DNA of 64,000 nucleotides from an uncultured Pseudomonadales bacterium (GTDB taxonomy: Bacteria > Patescibacteriota > Microgenomatia > UBA1400 > PJMF01). Below the pieces are notes generated by a model. That model was not told the DNA's origin. It saw only the letters and a program-made list of their open reading frames with translations, and searched no databases. Both the position numbers and the translations under genes were made by a program. The stretch is from the NCBI GenBank assembly GCA_964574595.1, contig CAZNOF010000003.1:80280-144279 (forward strand), read 5' to 3'. Shown one piece after another: positions 19,317 through 29,900 of the stretch (position 1 is its first letter; each line of letters starts with the position of its first letter).

Positions 19317-19350
19317 CCCCCTCCGAGGCTCCTCGGAGGGGGTTTTTGTT
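19317..19350 (+). terminator. Strong rho-independent terminator after pilin paralog 6
   Basis: A perfect 12-nt inverted repeat, ccccctccgagg/cctcggaggggg, is followed by TTTTTGTTT. Confidence 0.75.
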
Positions 19351-19391
19351 TCTGATCACTGTCTGGTATAATTTCTGATTATTGAGCCTTT

Positions 19392-19994
19392 ATGAAATCA
19401 ACGTTTCTCGCCTTCTGTTTACTTGTTCTTACTTTTTTAGGTAGCGCTCATCTTGTTAATCAAGTTCAAGCAGCCGGCGATGTGGTCATTGCTACACAGT
19501 CAGGCGCGACTTACTTAACCACAACGACCACAACCACCACAGTAGAGACTGTTACCACGACACCAACACCGATCGCTACTCTGTCTGGCACGCCAATTCC
19601 AATTGCTCAGGGACACGTTTTCTTGCCACCTGGATTTTTCCCAAGTGCTAATGCCTTAGTAAATGATCTATTTAAAGTGATCATGATCATTGCTGTAATT
19701 TTGGTGTTTGCGTATTTGGTGCTTGGTGGCTTCCAGTACATTACTTCCGGAGGAGAAAAAGGCAAAACGGAAGCAGCTAGAAATAAAATGATTTCTGCAA
19801 TCGTAGGATTAATCATTGTGGCTTCTTCATATGCCATTTTAACAATTGTCCTTAACTTTATTGGTTACAGAGACGTAACTGGCTTTTTACAAGTTGGCCC
19901 AACTGTTACCCCAACACCAGTCGCCCCGCTCGTCTCACCATCACCTCTGGTTACACCTACGCCTAGTTCCTTACTCAAACAACTGATAAAATAG
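19392..19994 (+). CDS. T4SS-pilin-like membrane protein, tandem paralog 7, with poly-Thr insert and Pro/Thr-rich C-terminal extension
   Basis: Motif: VLGGFQYITSGGEKGKTEAARNKMISAIVGLIIV. It has a TTTTTTTVETVTTTPTP linker and a PTVTPTPVAPLVSPSP tail. Confidence 0.6.
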   Translation: MKSTFLAFCLLVLTFLGSAHLVNQVQAAGDVVIATQSGATYLTTTTTTTTVETVTTTPTPIATLSGTPIPIAQGHVFLPPGFFPSANALVNDLFKVIMIIAVILVFAYLVLGGFQYITSGGEKGKTEAARNKMISAIVGLIIVASSYAILTIVLNFIGYRDVTGFLQVGPTVTPTPVAPLVSPSPLVTPTPSSLLKQLIK

Positions 19995-20004
19995 AAAAGC
20001 ACCC

Positions 20005-20466
20005 ATGAAAAAGCTCATTTTAGACACAGTCCGTATCTCCACTTTGCTTTTACCTCTCTTGATCTTGATTTTTGCCCCAACCGTCTCTGCGCAAACAGTA
20101 CAGTGGACTGGTGTATGTGTAGGCAAATCAATGACATCAGGTACTTCTGGCGGAAATGTAGATGCTGGCGATGTAGCTACAATACAAGGCTTTCAATGTT
20201 TAATTGGTAATGTCTTAATGATCTCAATTACCGGAATTGGTTTAATTGGCTTTGTGATGTTTATTGTCGGCGCCTTTCATTACATGTTGTCTGGTGGCAA
20301 TGCCAAAGGCACTGAGCAAGCCAAGAACACGATTACCTATGCCGTGATCGGTCTAGTTGTAGCGTTATCTGCGTTCATTATTTTGAACTTGGTTTCTAGC
20401 TTCACAGGCGTGAAGAGTATCTTGAACTTCACCATCTCACCTCCAAGTACCACCCCACTGAACTAA
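20005..20466 (+). CDS. T4SS-pilin-like small membrane protein, tandem paralog 8
   Basis: Motif: IVGAFHYMLSGGNAKGTEQAKNTITYAVIGLVVA. Confidence 0.6.
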   Translation: MKKLILDTVRISTLLLPLLILIFAPTVSAQTVQWTGVCVGKSMTSGTSGGNVDAGDVATIQGFQCLIGNVLMISITGIGLIGFVMFIVGAFHYMLSGGNAKGTEQAKNTITYAVIGLVVALSAFIILNLVSSFTGVKSILNFTISPPSTTPLN

Positions 20467-20510
20467 TTCTCCAAAACAAAGTCGTCTCGACTCGCGATAT
20501 AATACGGATC

Positions 20511-23500
20511 ATGATGTTTTATCGCCAGAGACGCTTCGTCATCTTTAGCTTGGTTTTGTTTCTGTCTGTGCTCTTGCTGGCCAAATTTGCTTCCCCTTTA
20601 TATTTAAAAGCTCAATCTTCTGCGACATCAGCGTTGGCGGCCTTAGCAGATCCTGGTGGCGACGGTGGCAGCAATGTGGGTACCAATATCGGTGTGGGAG
20701 ATGTTACCGCACAAGTAGACATCATTGATAACGTCATCGCTCGAAACGGGGCGGGAGCAGGCTTTCCAGTTACGGTGTTACTCTATGAAAACAGTATGCC
20801 AGATGACGTGAAGAAAATTGCTGATGCCATGAAGAGACACAGCTTTTTCCCGATTGTGCGTATCGACCATATTTGTGACCACTCCGTTTCAGATTCACAG
20901 CAAATCGTGAGCATCGTCAGACAAGAATTTGGAGCTGACACGGTCATCGCTTTTGGCAATGAGATCAACAACCAAGAAATTGAGTGTAAAGATTGGGCAA
21001 AGTATGAGCAAAATTACCGCGCCGTTCAAAGCGGCATCACTGCCCCATCTGCTATCGACTTCTACAATGGAAATCCGGCATTTAAGTTTGATAAATTGCC
21101 TGGTAGCTTACAAGGTTTGATTAATGGCTCAAGCATCAGAGCTGCCAACGCCTACGGCTGTGTGGGTACGAAAGCAGCAGGTTGTAATGATGGTGCTATG
21201 GGCACATACACCACTGGTTTAACTGGCACAGATGGCAAGAAACTCTATGTCACTGAGTTCAGTCTTTCTCCAGAAGGAAGAGTGGCCGATGCACCAGATA
21301 CCGATCTCACCAAAGTACTCTACTTCATTAAAAAATTTGCTCCTCAAGTTCGAGCAGAGAAAATCACTCCTTTAATTAGAAACGTGTGTAATGGCGACGG
21401 TGAGTGGCTGATTTACGTCAAAGGCCAAGTTTTCACCATGCACGGCCAAAACGTCACCAAGAGTTGTGCCGGCACCAAAGTTCCTTTCTACGAATTCAAC
21501 ATTCAGCGCGAAACAAGTCAAAATGTGGTCAATAATTTTTACGATGAGTACTCTGTGGCCTGCTTACCAAAAGAGGAATACACGCTTGGCTTTGAAAACG
21601 ATCCAGCCAAATGTGGTGATCCAAATTCTGGCTTGATCTGTCCGATTGATTGGAAAAGCTGGAATATCCCTGGCAAATTAAAAATGACGGCAGATGGGAA
21701 GACCTATGGTCTTTTCAGAAACCAATCGGCTGTAGAAGCACGATCAGGCGGAAACACGCCTGCAAAAAGAGGTGAATCTGTAGAGGCGTTAATTTCTCAA
21801 CCTAACCCAGACGCGCCGACATCTACTGCAGTTCCAACCACCACGACTTCAGATAAATCAAATGCCTCTCTCAAACAAGCACCTATGTATAATCTGACCA
21901 CTTTGTCACAGCAGTGCAGCTTTGTGGTGGATAAATTAAAAGCTGTCCACGAACTATGTAAGCCTGAAAATCGAGTTGAAACATATAAAACTGCAGGAGA
22001 AGTCTCACCTCAGGACTCCACTGAAGATTGTGGTCTGAACACCAATATTCCAAGTACCAGCAAACCGTATGATCAGGAAAGCATGCTTGCGGCTTTCCAA
22101 AGTAAAAATATGACCTGCGAAGATTTAGCAGATTCACAAAAACCAGAAGATAGATCATTTCTGTCAGACTTACTTAAAGTGAATGTCTCAATGGAAACAG
22201 CCTACCGTCCGGCCTTTATCGTAGCGGTTACTACATTTGATGCTCCAAATAGTACGGACAACGTCACGACCCACACATCAGATGACGCCGGCGTAGAACC
22301 AGTCACTGGTCAAAAATTCCAAGTCATTGACTATCTAGAAGTGAAAGTACCGGCACTTGCTTCTGACTTCTTGCCAACCAAGAGTCCAGAACACAGCTCT
22401 TCTCTCATCAATCCAGACAGAAATAATTACCGCGACCCAATGCAACTGACGGCGGACGTGCTGAGAACCAGTGAAGACCAATCAGATGTGTTCCAACAGG
22501 AAATAGATCAACGAAAGGTCCTCCGTGAATTTGAAAAGCGCGGTTCAATAAATGGCAGCATTATTGGCGACAACGGGAACATGCCGATCTTCTGTAATGT
22601 AGGCGGCAAGCTGTATGCCAACTGTGACATCCCAGCCCAAACGGGAGACAATTATGTAGACCAGGTCCCACCAGCACTCGTTAAGTTCATCAACGCCAGC
22701 GCGACCGTTCAAAACCTAGGAGATTGGGATTCTTTGCCCTGCAACGCCCGAGAAGTTGACATTTATGGTGAAGAAAAAAACAAAGCTCGAATTGCAGAAC
22801 AAGGAAAAACAATCTTAGCCCAACTTAAAGCCCAACCAATTGGTCCATATCAAAAAAGAACTGAAATATCCACAAATATCTCAGTTAAGGTCAAAGATAT
22901 TACTAAAGGTGGCAATATCACCACTCACACCGAGCTATACTTCGTAACGCCACAACGTTACGCAATGCAGTACGCGCAAAATAGCTTCTTATCTTTCTTA
23001 ACCACAGGTGTGAAACAAGGCTTCATTGATCCTCAAGTCAAAGCTGACGTGTATAACCCAACCAAATTTAGTCCATTATTAAAGAGTGAATTGGCTAAAA
23101 CCTTAACTGGCCGTGAAGTGAAAACTGGCGCCTACAGACTTGAAGCTGGCACTCTGGCTCCCACTGCTCCAGGAGCCACCCCAGTACCAACCACCAACAA
23201 GAAAATGGTTGATTTATTTGGCTTAATTAATGACACCAGTGACTTTGCCTACACTCAAAGCATTTTCTGGCGAGTAGCTGGCCAAGTAGCTAGCTTACCA
23301 AGTCGAATGCTAGCCTTAGTTAACTTACGCGATGGCTCACCGATGTATGACTACACCCGCGGATGTACTGGAAATTACGCCACAGATGACTGGTTTACTG
23401 GCAACTGTCTGAGAGCACCAGACAACGCTCAGGCAGCTTCTCCATCTGCCGGAACAACGGGCAACGTCTGTATTGAAACAAAGATTGATGACCCCGCGGT

Positions 23501-24014
23501 GCTGGCCGATTATGCTGCCAAGTTAAAGGACTATTTGGGCCAAGCCTCTACTCTAGACTTATGGACCAGATACTTTGCTGGATACCTGCCAGGAGCAACG
23601 CCTTACTTGTTTAGTGTGAATGATGCTCGTTGTGACGCTTCACAACCCTGCTATGACAAAGTCATTGATACAGCAGTGGCGCACAAGATCAATCCATACT
23701 TAGCAATTGCGATTGCCCTAAACGAAACTGGTGGTTTCCGCAGTAACCAGGCTGACGCTTCCGGGCCTCACTTTGGCTGTGGTGTGAACTTAGATCCAAA
23801 TGGCCCAACTATTGGCTTTGGCACTATTCCAAGCAAGTTAAACTGTATGGTCGGGGCGTTTGATAACTATGAAAACACCGGCTTAGATGCCAATGCCGCA
23901 CTGACTAAATATGGATATGCCAATGGATTTAAGAACCAGAACCTCACCAAAATTATAGGCATTATCAGCCATCAAACATACGCAGGAAACTGTACTGGAT
24001 CAGTTGAAAACTAA
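20511..24014 (+). CDS. Large secreted protein (1167 aa) with C-terminal lysozyme-like / lytic-transglycosylase-like domain (VirB1-analogous cell-wall hydrolase candidate)
   Basis: It has an N-terminal signal/TM. The C-terminal segment at about 23650-23830, VIDTAVAHKINPYLAIAIALNETGGFRSNQ, resembles the catalytic Glu-containing helix of lysozyme-like transglycosylases. The rest of the protein is unassigned. Confidence 0.5.
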   Translation: MMFYRQRRFVIFSLVLFLSVLLLAKFASPLYLKAQSSATSALAALADPGGDGGSNVGTNIGVGDVTAQVDIIDNVIARNGAGAGFPVTVLLYENSMPDDVKKIADAMKRHSFFPIVRIDHICDHSVSDSQQIVSIVRQEFGADTVIAFGNEINNQEIECKDWAKYEQNYRAVQSGITAPSAIDFYNGNPAFKFDKLPGSLQGLINGSSIRAANAYGCVGTKAAGCNDGAMGTYTTGLTGTDGKKLYVTEFSLSPEGRVADAPDTDLTKVLYFIKKFAPQVRAEKITPLIRNVCNGDGEWLIYVKGQVFTMHGQNVTKSCAGTKVPFYEFNIQRETSQNVVNNFYDEYSVACLPKEEYTLGFENDPAKCGDPNSGLICPIDWKSWNIPGKLKMTADGKTYGLFRNQSAVEARSGGNTPAKRGESVEALISQPNPDAPTSTAVPTTTTSDKSNASLKQAPMYNLTTLSQQCSFVVDKLKAVHELCKPENRVETYKTAGEVSPQDSTEDCGLNTNIPSTSKPYDQESMLAAFQSKNMTCEDLADSQKPEDRSFLSDLLKVNVSMETAYRPAFIVAVTTFDAPNSTDNVTTHTSDDAGVEPVTGQKFQVIDYLEVKVPALASDFLPTKSPEHSSSLINPDRNNYRDPMQLTADVLRTSEDQSDVFQQEIDQRKVLREFEKRGSINGSIIGDNGNMPIFCNVGGKLYANCDIPAQTGDNYVDQVPPALVKFINASATVQNLGDWDSLPCNAREVDIYGEEKNKARIAEQGKTILAQLKAQPIGPYQKRTEISTNISVKVKDITKGGNITTHTELYFVTPQRYAMQYAQNSFLSFLTTGVKQGFIDPQVKADVYNPTKFSPLLKSELAKTLTGREVKTGAYRLEAGTLAPTAPGATPVPTTNKKMVDLFGLINDTSDFAYTQSIFWRVAGQVASLPSRMLALVNLRDGSPMYDYTRGCTGNYATDDWFTGNCLRAPDNAQAASPSAGTTGNVCIETKIDDPAVLADYAAKLKDYLGQASTLDLWTRYFAGYLPGATPYLFSVNDARCDASQPCYDKVIDTAVAHKINPYLAIAIALNETGGFRSNQADASGPHFGCGVNLDPNGPTIGFGTIPSKLNCMVGAFDNYENTGLDANAALTKYGYANGFKNQNLTKIIGIISHQTYAGNCTGSVEN

Positions 24015-24020
24015 CTGAAA

Positions 24021-24914
24021 TTAACTTCGGGAACCTTCAGCGGGCGTGTATTCTTGAGGCACTTTTTTTGATTCTACTTTTTTGACTTCATTTTTTACTG
24101 GTTTATTTATGACGGATTGATGGGCTAAATTTGCAGCAGTGAGCATACTCTTAGATCGAGAAACTCGCCGACCACCAGCACGAAGCAGTTTTGAGACGAT
24201 TTCAAATGTATCAGCGGTTGTTGCCAATGATTGCATTTTATCCGTTGCCATCTCAATGCCGGTAATTAAGTTGGTGGCAATATCCCCCGTTATTTCCACG
24301 CCTAGTTCTTGCAACAGGTAGGCCATCACTTCTGATGTTGAAGCAGCTCCCATGGTACTGACTTTAATCGAGCCAAAGGGTGTTTCGTAACTATTCACAC
24401 TAATCGTGATTGAGTCCTCGTAAAGCTGCTCATAACCTTCGTAAAGCGCGTTCAACGAGTCCAAACTGGACACGCCAACTAAGAAAATAGCGTCGGCAGA
24501 GGCACCTGAGTAAGAAAACTCTACGGTTTTTGAATCAAGTGGTTTTGAGTCTTTGCGTGGTTGAATAATTAAGCGAAATTTCTTGGCTTCTTCGTCAATG
24601 TTATAACTGACTTTATCGACCATATCTTCTTGATAATCAAAAGAAATTTCTAAGTTCTTATTGCCCATTTCTTTGGATGTTTTTTCTACTCCGGAAATTT
24701 GAGAAAACTCATGAGAAGGCTTGGTGGGACAAAGCAAAAGACTACTCTTTCCTAATGACAACAGCCCGTCGTGTAAAGCCACTGCCGAGGCAACTTGATC
24801 AACGCTGGCTTGATTGGAATAAATGACTAAAATAGATTTGGCCTCAGAAACGGTATGTTGGATGGTTTGGACTTGATCAGGTGTAAGCATATGGATTCTG
24901 TCTACTATAACCAA
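24021..24914 (-). CDS. Hypothetical cytoplasmic protein; weak, unverified resemblance to a DHH-family phosphoesterase fold lacking catalytic residues
   Basis: This is a convergent 297-aa ORF. Only a loose architecture similarity to NrnA-like proteins is visible, and no DHH or GGGH motifs are present. Confidence 0.3.
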   Translation of the reverse strand: MVIVDRIHMLTPDQVQTIQHTVSEAKSILVIYSNQASVDQVASAVALHDGLLSLGKSSLLLCPTKPSHEFSQISGVEKTSKEMGNKNLEISFDYQEDMVDKVSYNIDEEAKKFRLIIQPRKDSKPLDSKTVEFSYSGASADAIFLVGVSSLDSLNALYEGYEQLYEDSITISVNSYETPFGSIKVSTMGAASTSEVMAYLLQELGVEITGDIATNLITGIEMATDKMQSLATTADTFEIVSKLLRAGGRRVSRSKSMLTAANLAHQSVINKPVKNEVKKVESKKVPQEYTPAEGSRS

Positions 24915-24999
24915 CTCTATCTCACTAATTCAAGGGGGAAGGAGTATGTAGCAAATTACTCCTTTGACCAGACATAAAATAGACTGTAGAATATGAGTT

Positions 25000-26655
25000 G
25001 TGAAAAAATGGTTCTCGATACTTTTTCTATCCCTCTTTGTGCTCATTTCTTTTGCTCGCCCAGTTAGTACGTTTGCTCAAGTAACGTGTCCAGTAGGAAC
25101 ACCTCCCGGTCAAATTGGTCAGAATCCAACTTGTTCCGGTTGTGCACCAGGATTAATTGTCGGTGCTGCTAGTAAATGTATGACTCCGGCGCAACTTCAA
25201 ACAAGTCAATGGACCATCCCAGTCATGCAACAAATTGACAAGGGCCGAGACGATCAAGAAGCAAACAACCCAAACTTGCGTGGAACTGGTTTCGATATCT
25301 TATCAACAGTGGTCGGTGGTTTAGGACAAATTGTTTTAACGGGCTCAGATAAAAAAGGTACTTTAACCGGTGACTCTGGTGTAACCAGTGCTGCCAAAAT
25401 GATTGGTATGCTCTACGTTCCTCCAGCCACTTCTCAAGAGTACATTGCCGATGTTTTGAAAGACGCCGGCGTGGCAACCCCAGCCTATGCGCAAGGATTA
25501 GGATTTTCAGCATTAGCTCCAGTACTTGAGACCTGGAAAATTTTCCGAACAGTCGCCTACTTCTTCTATGTGGTCATCTTCTTAATTATTGGATTCATGA
25601 TTATGTTCCGCCAAAAAATTGGGAGTCAAACCGTCGTAACTGTTCAACAGGCATTACCAAAACTCTTAATCTCTTTGATCGCCGTGACTTTCTCATACGC
25701 TATTGCTGGTTTCATGATTGAGGTGATGTATTTGGCGATGTCATTCATCGTCAACGTATTTGCCTCTGGCACATTGGGTGCAGAAAAAATTAATGGCCAA
25801 ACCATTCAGCAGTTCGGATCAAACAGTAATATCTTCAACATCGCTGGCATTATTATCAGTGGTGGCTTCCAGAACACGGTCAGTAATTCCGTGGGCAACA
25901 TGGTGAACGGTGTCTTAGGCATTCAACCAGATCAAGCGGGCGCTATCTTAGGCAGTATCACCGGCTTAGCAGCTGTGGTGGTCTTTGCCATTGCCCTCCT
26001 CTTCAGTCTCTTTAGATTATTCTTTGAACTTTTGAAAACCTACATCACGCTCATCATTATGATCGTGACCGCACCAGTTGCTTTGATGCTTGGCGCTTTA
26101 CCAGGCAACAACGCTTTTTCAAGTTGGTTGAAAGGGTTGTTCTTTAACTTAGCCGTCTTCCCAACTGTGTTATTAACTATCGTGATGGCCTTCTTGCTCC
26201 AAACCAGTATTTCAAATAACGGTGGCTTCTTACCTCCATACATTGGTGGCGTAGGAACAGCCGGATCAGTCGCCCCTCTCTTAGGATTGGGTGTCTTACT
26301 CGTTATTCCAGATATCGTCACTAAAGTGAAAAAGATGGCTCCAGCAGGACCATTTGATGAGTTTGCCAATAAAGCTGCAGCCGCTGTCAAACAAGGTTGG
26401 AAAGGTGGAGAGCTGGTTCCAGGACTTGGCTTTACAGACACCAGAAAACTTCCACTCGGTGGCTTAAGTGGTCAAAACGTTGTAACCAAACCATTTACAT
26501 CTGGATACGGTTTAGCCAAGGATTTGACTGGCAAAGTGGCGGCTGGTGGAGTTGGCAATGTCTTGCCATTTACTAGACGTGTTACACCTCCTCAAAAGAC
26601 AACTATTGATGAGAATAAGAATATGCCTGATCCAAGTCGAAGAAATAGAGTCTAA
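25000..26655 (+). CDS. Polytopic membrane protein, VirB6/TrbL-like T4SS channel component candidate
   Basis: It has a signal peptide, a Cys-containing extracytoplasmic N-domain, then at least six hydrophobic helices (FFYVVIFLIIGFMIMF, LISLIAVTFSYAIAGFMIEVMYLAMSFIV, and others). The topology is typical of VirB6/TrbL. Confidence 0.5.
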   Translation: MKKWFSILFLSLFVLISFARPVSTFAQVTCPVGTPPGQIGQNPTCSGCAPGLIVGAASKCMTPAQLQTSQWTIPVMQQIDKGRDDQEANNPNLRGTGFDILSTVVGGLGQIVLTGSDKKGTLTGDSGVTSAAKMIGMLYVPPATSQEYIADVLKDAGVATPAYAQGLGFSALAPVLETWKIFRTVAYFFYVVIFLIIGFMIMFRQKIGSQTVVTVQQALPKLLISLIAVTFSYAIAGFMIEVMYLAMSFIVNVFASGTLGAEKINGQTIQQFGSNSNIFNIAGIIISGGFQNTVSNSVGNMVNGVLGIQPDQAGAILGSITGLAAVVVFAIALLFSLFRLFFELLKTYITLIIMIVTAPVALMLGALPGNNAFSSWLKGLFFNLAVFPTVLLTIVMAFLLQTSISNNGGFLPPYIGGVGTAGSVAPLLGLGVLLVIPDIVTKVKKMAPAGPFDEFANKAAAAVKQGWKGGELVPGLGFTDTRKLPLGGLSGQNVVTKPFTSGYGLAKDLTGKVAAGGVGNVLPFTRRVTPPQKTTIDENKNMPDPSRRNRV

Positions 26656-26678
26656 TTTAAATTTCTAGTAGGACTGCC

Positions 26679-26867
26679 ATGACTGACAAGACCAAACAAA
26701 AAATCTCCGAAATAATCAGAAGAAAATTTACGTTTTCTAAAGCCGTTGCACGTCAATCACAAGAAGCTGATGATTCTGAGGAGTTTGGTTACGGAGAACT
26801 CATTGAGAAACCCCAACCATCCCCATTTGGTGAATTCCCTGAATTAACGCGGGCAAATTCTCTTTAA
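26679..26867 (+). CDS. Small acidic hypothetical protein (62 aa)
   Basis: This ORF is unsupported by any other evidence. Confidence 0.2.
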   Translation: MTDKTKQKISEIIRRKFTFSKAVARQSQEADDSEEFGYGELIEKPQPSPFGEFPELTRANSL

Positions 26868-26954
26868 AGTACATTGTTTTTCAACAAAAACCTAAATTCA
26901 GATGTTTTTTTGTGAGTTTTTTTGCGTCAAGAGAAATCAATCGTATTTTAGTGA

Positions 26955-29900
26955 TTACTTCTTCTTCTGTTCAAACTTGCGGTAGTTCATCAATCCAGCA
27001 GCCACCAGCAAGTCATTTACACGACGCTCAGAAAGCAATCCAAAACCAGTATACTTACCTTCAGGAATCTCTTGACCGGTAATCCTTCCCATGACATCAG
27101 TTCTCGGTAATGTTGATTGATTATAGTAGACTTGTCTCCAGCCACCACGATAATTGAGGTATGCTTCATGACTTAACATTTCCTTAATTGCCTTAATGTT
27201 CTTTTCTGGGTTTTCTCGCCACTTGTTAAACTTGGCACCATCTTTACGAATTTCCATTAATTCGGCTATGAAAATAATTTCCATTTGATATTGAATTAAG
27301 GCCGTACACTGATCGTCAACTTTATCATCCATGACTCTAGCTAAACCACCTGATAAGAAGTCATATTGCTGTTTGTTTATTTCATTATGTTTCAGTAGAT
27401 GACCCAAAGCGTGATCCGCTTGATTGCCCATTAAACACATTTTTGGTGTAAACATTTCAACGTACTCAATGGCTCTAGGATCTGGGATCGAAGTATCTCC
27501 AGCTTTAATTCTATGAATCAGGTCCTCCTCAATCGCATTTCCGGCAGCATCTAAATAATGACCATCGTGATCTCTTTTAAATGTTCTTAATGGTAAGCCT
27601 CTAGTAATGCGCTCATCTGCTCTGGCAGGATTAGTCCAAATTTTCATTAACTCGTCGTACTCAGTCTTGCTTTTTAATGGCCATTTATAGTCGTTATTCC
27701 AGTAGTAGAAAGCAGCTCGCTCTAAACCCGTCAATTTCTCTGCTTGATGTTTATTAAATGTGACAAAAGTAGATTTATCCATTCTTGGTACTTCTGAAGC
27801 AACAGATAACCAGTCCAAGCCAGTTCCCTTGGTAATTGCCTCAAGCATCTTTTCTGAGTGGCCTACAGCCTCTTCTTCTTTCTTAGCAATACCTTCTGGA
27901 AAACCATTGGTTGGGATGGCATCAGATGGGACATTCCCGTCAAGCAACCAACGCAAGAATGTCCGTCTTTGCCCATCTAGCGCAGCCATGGCTTGTGGAT
28001 GCTTCGTGGCATCGTAGGCAAATTTTTGAGGATATCTTTGTAATGGTGGTTTGTACAGTTCGTGGAAGAAAGGAATGGTCAACTCTAAGCCTGGAGAACC
28101 AGAGTTTCTACCTTCTTCTTTGACGTACTTGGCACGGGTATCACCGGTGTTTACCAAATAACTCAATTGATAGAAGTCTCGACGCACTTTCTCGTCAAAG
28201 ATACCTCTTTGCATAGCACCTTCAATATAAATACCTGAGAACTTAGCAATTGCGTCAAAGAAGGTACTATTTGGATTTGCACCACGTAAGTGATCACTAA
28301 TTTTTTTAATAGCCTCTGTAGGATTAAATAAAATATCGTACTTACTGTCTGGATTATCAGCTAGAATTGTTTTGTTATAGACCGCCAAAACAGCTTCTCG
28401 TGTGTAATCACCAATTGTCTTTAACTGGGCATGATAAAAGGTTCCTGGTCGCTCTGGGATAACATCCGGGATAGCCGGAAAACCAGCCGTCGGCTTCTCA
28501 CGGATTCCTGGAATTGGAATAACTTTATCTTTAATTTTGAATGGTTCAAGCGCAATTACTCCTGTATATACAGCTTCAGGGGTACTGACAGCTCCAGTGA
28601 ATTCAGCTTTTCGCTGACGATACTCATACATTCTTTTTGAGGCCAGAAATACTTGAGCCATCGTGTAAAGATCGTCGTTAAGAATAGCACCTTCAGGCAT
28701 GTTTCCGACAATAGCCGTGAAGTCCACTGGCGTATTTGCCACACCTGGGAATGACATTTTTCTAGGATCAAAACCAGACTCTTGATATAAGTGTCCCGGT
28801 CCCACGTCATTATCCATTTGGCGGAAGTACCAGCCCCACATTAATTGTTTCAGCTCTTCATTGCCAAGAGCCGCAATTTGATCTTCTCTAAAGCCAACTT
28901 CTGGAGAACTCAAGAAACGTCTCATTAATCCATTTGGAATACGACTGGCTTCTTTATCTTCAGGAATACCTGGAGTTCTTGGTGGACCACCAACTCCACC
29001 AGGAGGTACTGTAGCACCGGAATATTTATTCAATCGCTTCAACCATTCCAGGTACTGATTCATGTACAGAGTAAATTCATCTAAATATTTTTGATTATCA
29101 GAGTCTTTCAAATCAAAAGATTCTTGAAGTTGTAGGAGTTGTCGATTAAAAAATTGACTAAACCGATCTTTGAAATCTCTCAAAAACTCACGGTCTTCAT
29201 CACGCAGACTGCCAGGCATGTCAGTACCAGCATCTTTAGCCGCAGCCATGATACGACCCAGGACTTCTGCTTCTTGAATTTCCTGGTCATAACTCCCGAT
29301 CATCATTTGAATAAGGCCATCCATGTCTGCTGGGAAGTCATCATCTAGCAAACTTGGTCTCAAAAAGTCTCGGCGACGAGCATCTTGGCTGCCACCTAAG
29401 CGTGCCACGTTATTTTCATGAAGAAGTTCTCGAATCAAGTGCTCTAATTTTTGAGCTTCTGCAAAGAGTGGCGACTTACTGTCAGCATCTTCTCGCTGAA
29501 TGGTAGCGTATCGCAAAATCTCATTTACACGCTCTTCTTCACCTTGATCAAGTGGTTTTCGACCACCTTTAGTAGAGACTTTTTTGGCGTATGCTCGCAA
29601 CTCGTTTGTAATAGAGTCTGCTTTGTTTGGTTCTTTAAATAAAGTTGTATCAATTCTATCTATTGCCGGTTCCAAGTCATGTTCGCCATCCTCATAAGGA
29701 TTTTTCAACGGATCGATATCTTCTAACCCGCTTCGATTATAGGCATCAGTAGCACCTTGAATAATTCCGTCAATTCTATTTCTTTCGGCTGGGATTGATT
29801 GAGCTAAAATGTGCCCTTCATCAGTGATCTGGCGTAGGGCTTGTTGAGCAGCTTTTTTTTGAGGTTCGGCATACTCCACTTTTGGACTATTAATTGCTCT

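Noticed and set aside
16758-20466. Interpreting the small paralogs as type IV pilus/competence pseudopilins
   Set aside because: None has the N-terminal prepilin-peptidase motif (G|F/MxxxE) at the start of the mature protein. The conserved core is a VirB2/TrbC-like helical hairpin instead.
24021-24914. Annotating 24021-24914 as an active NrnA/DHH phosphoesterase
   Set aside because: Only a loose architecture resemblance is visible. The DHH, DxD and GGGH catalytic motifs are not present, so it was left as hypothetical.
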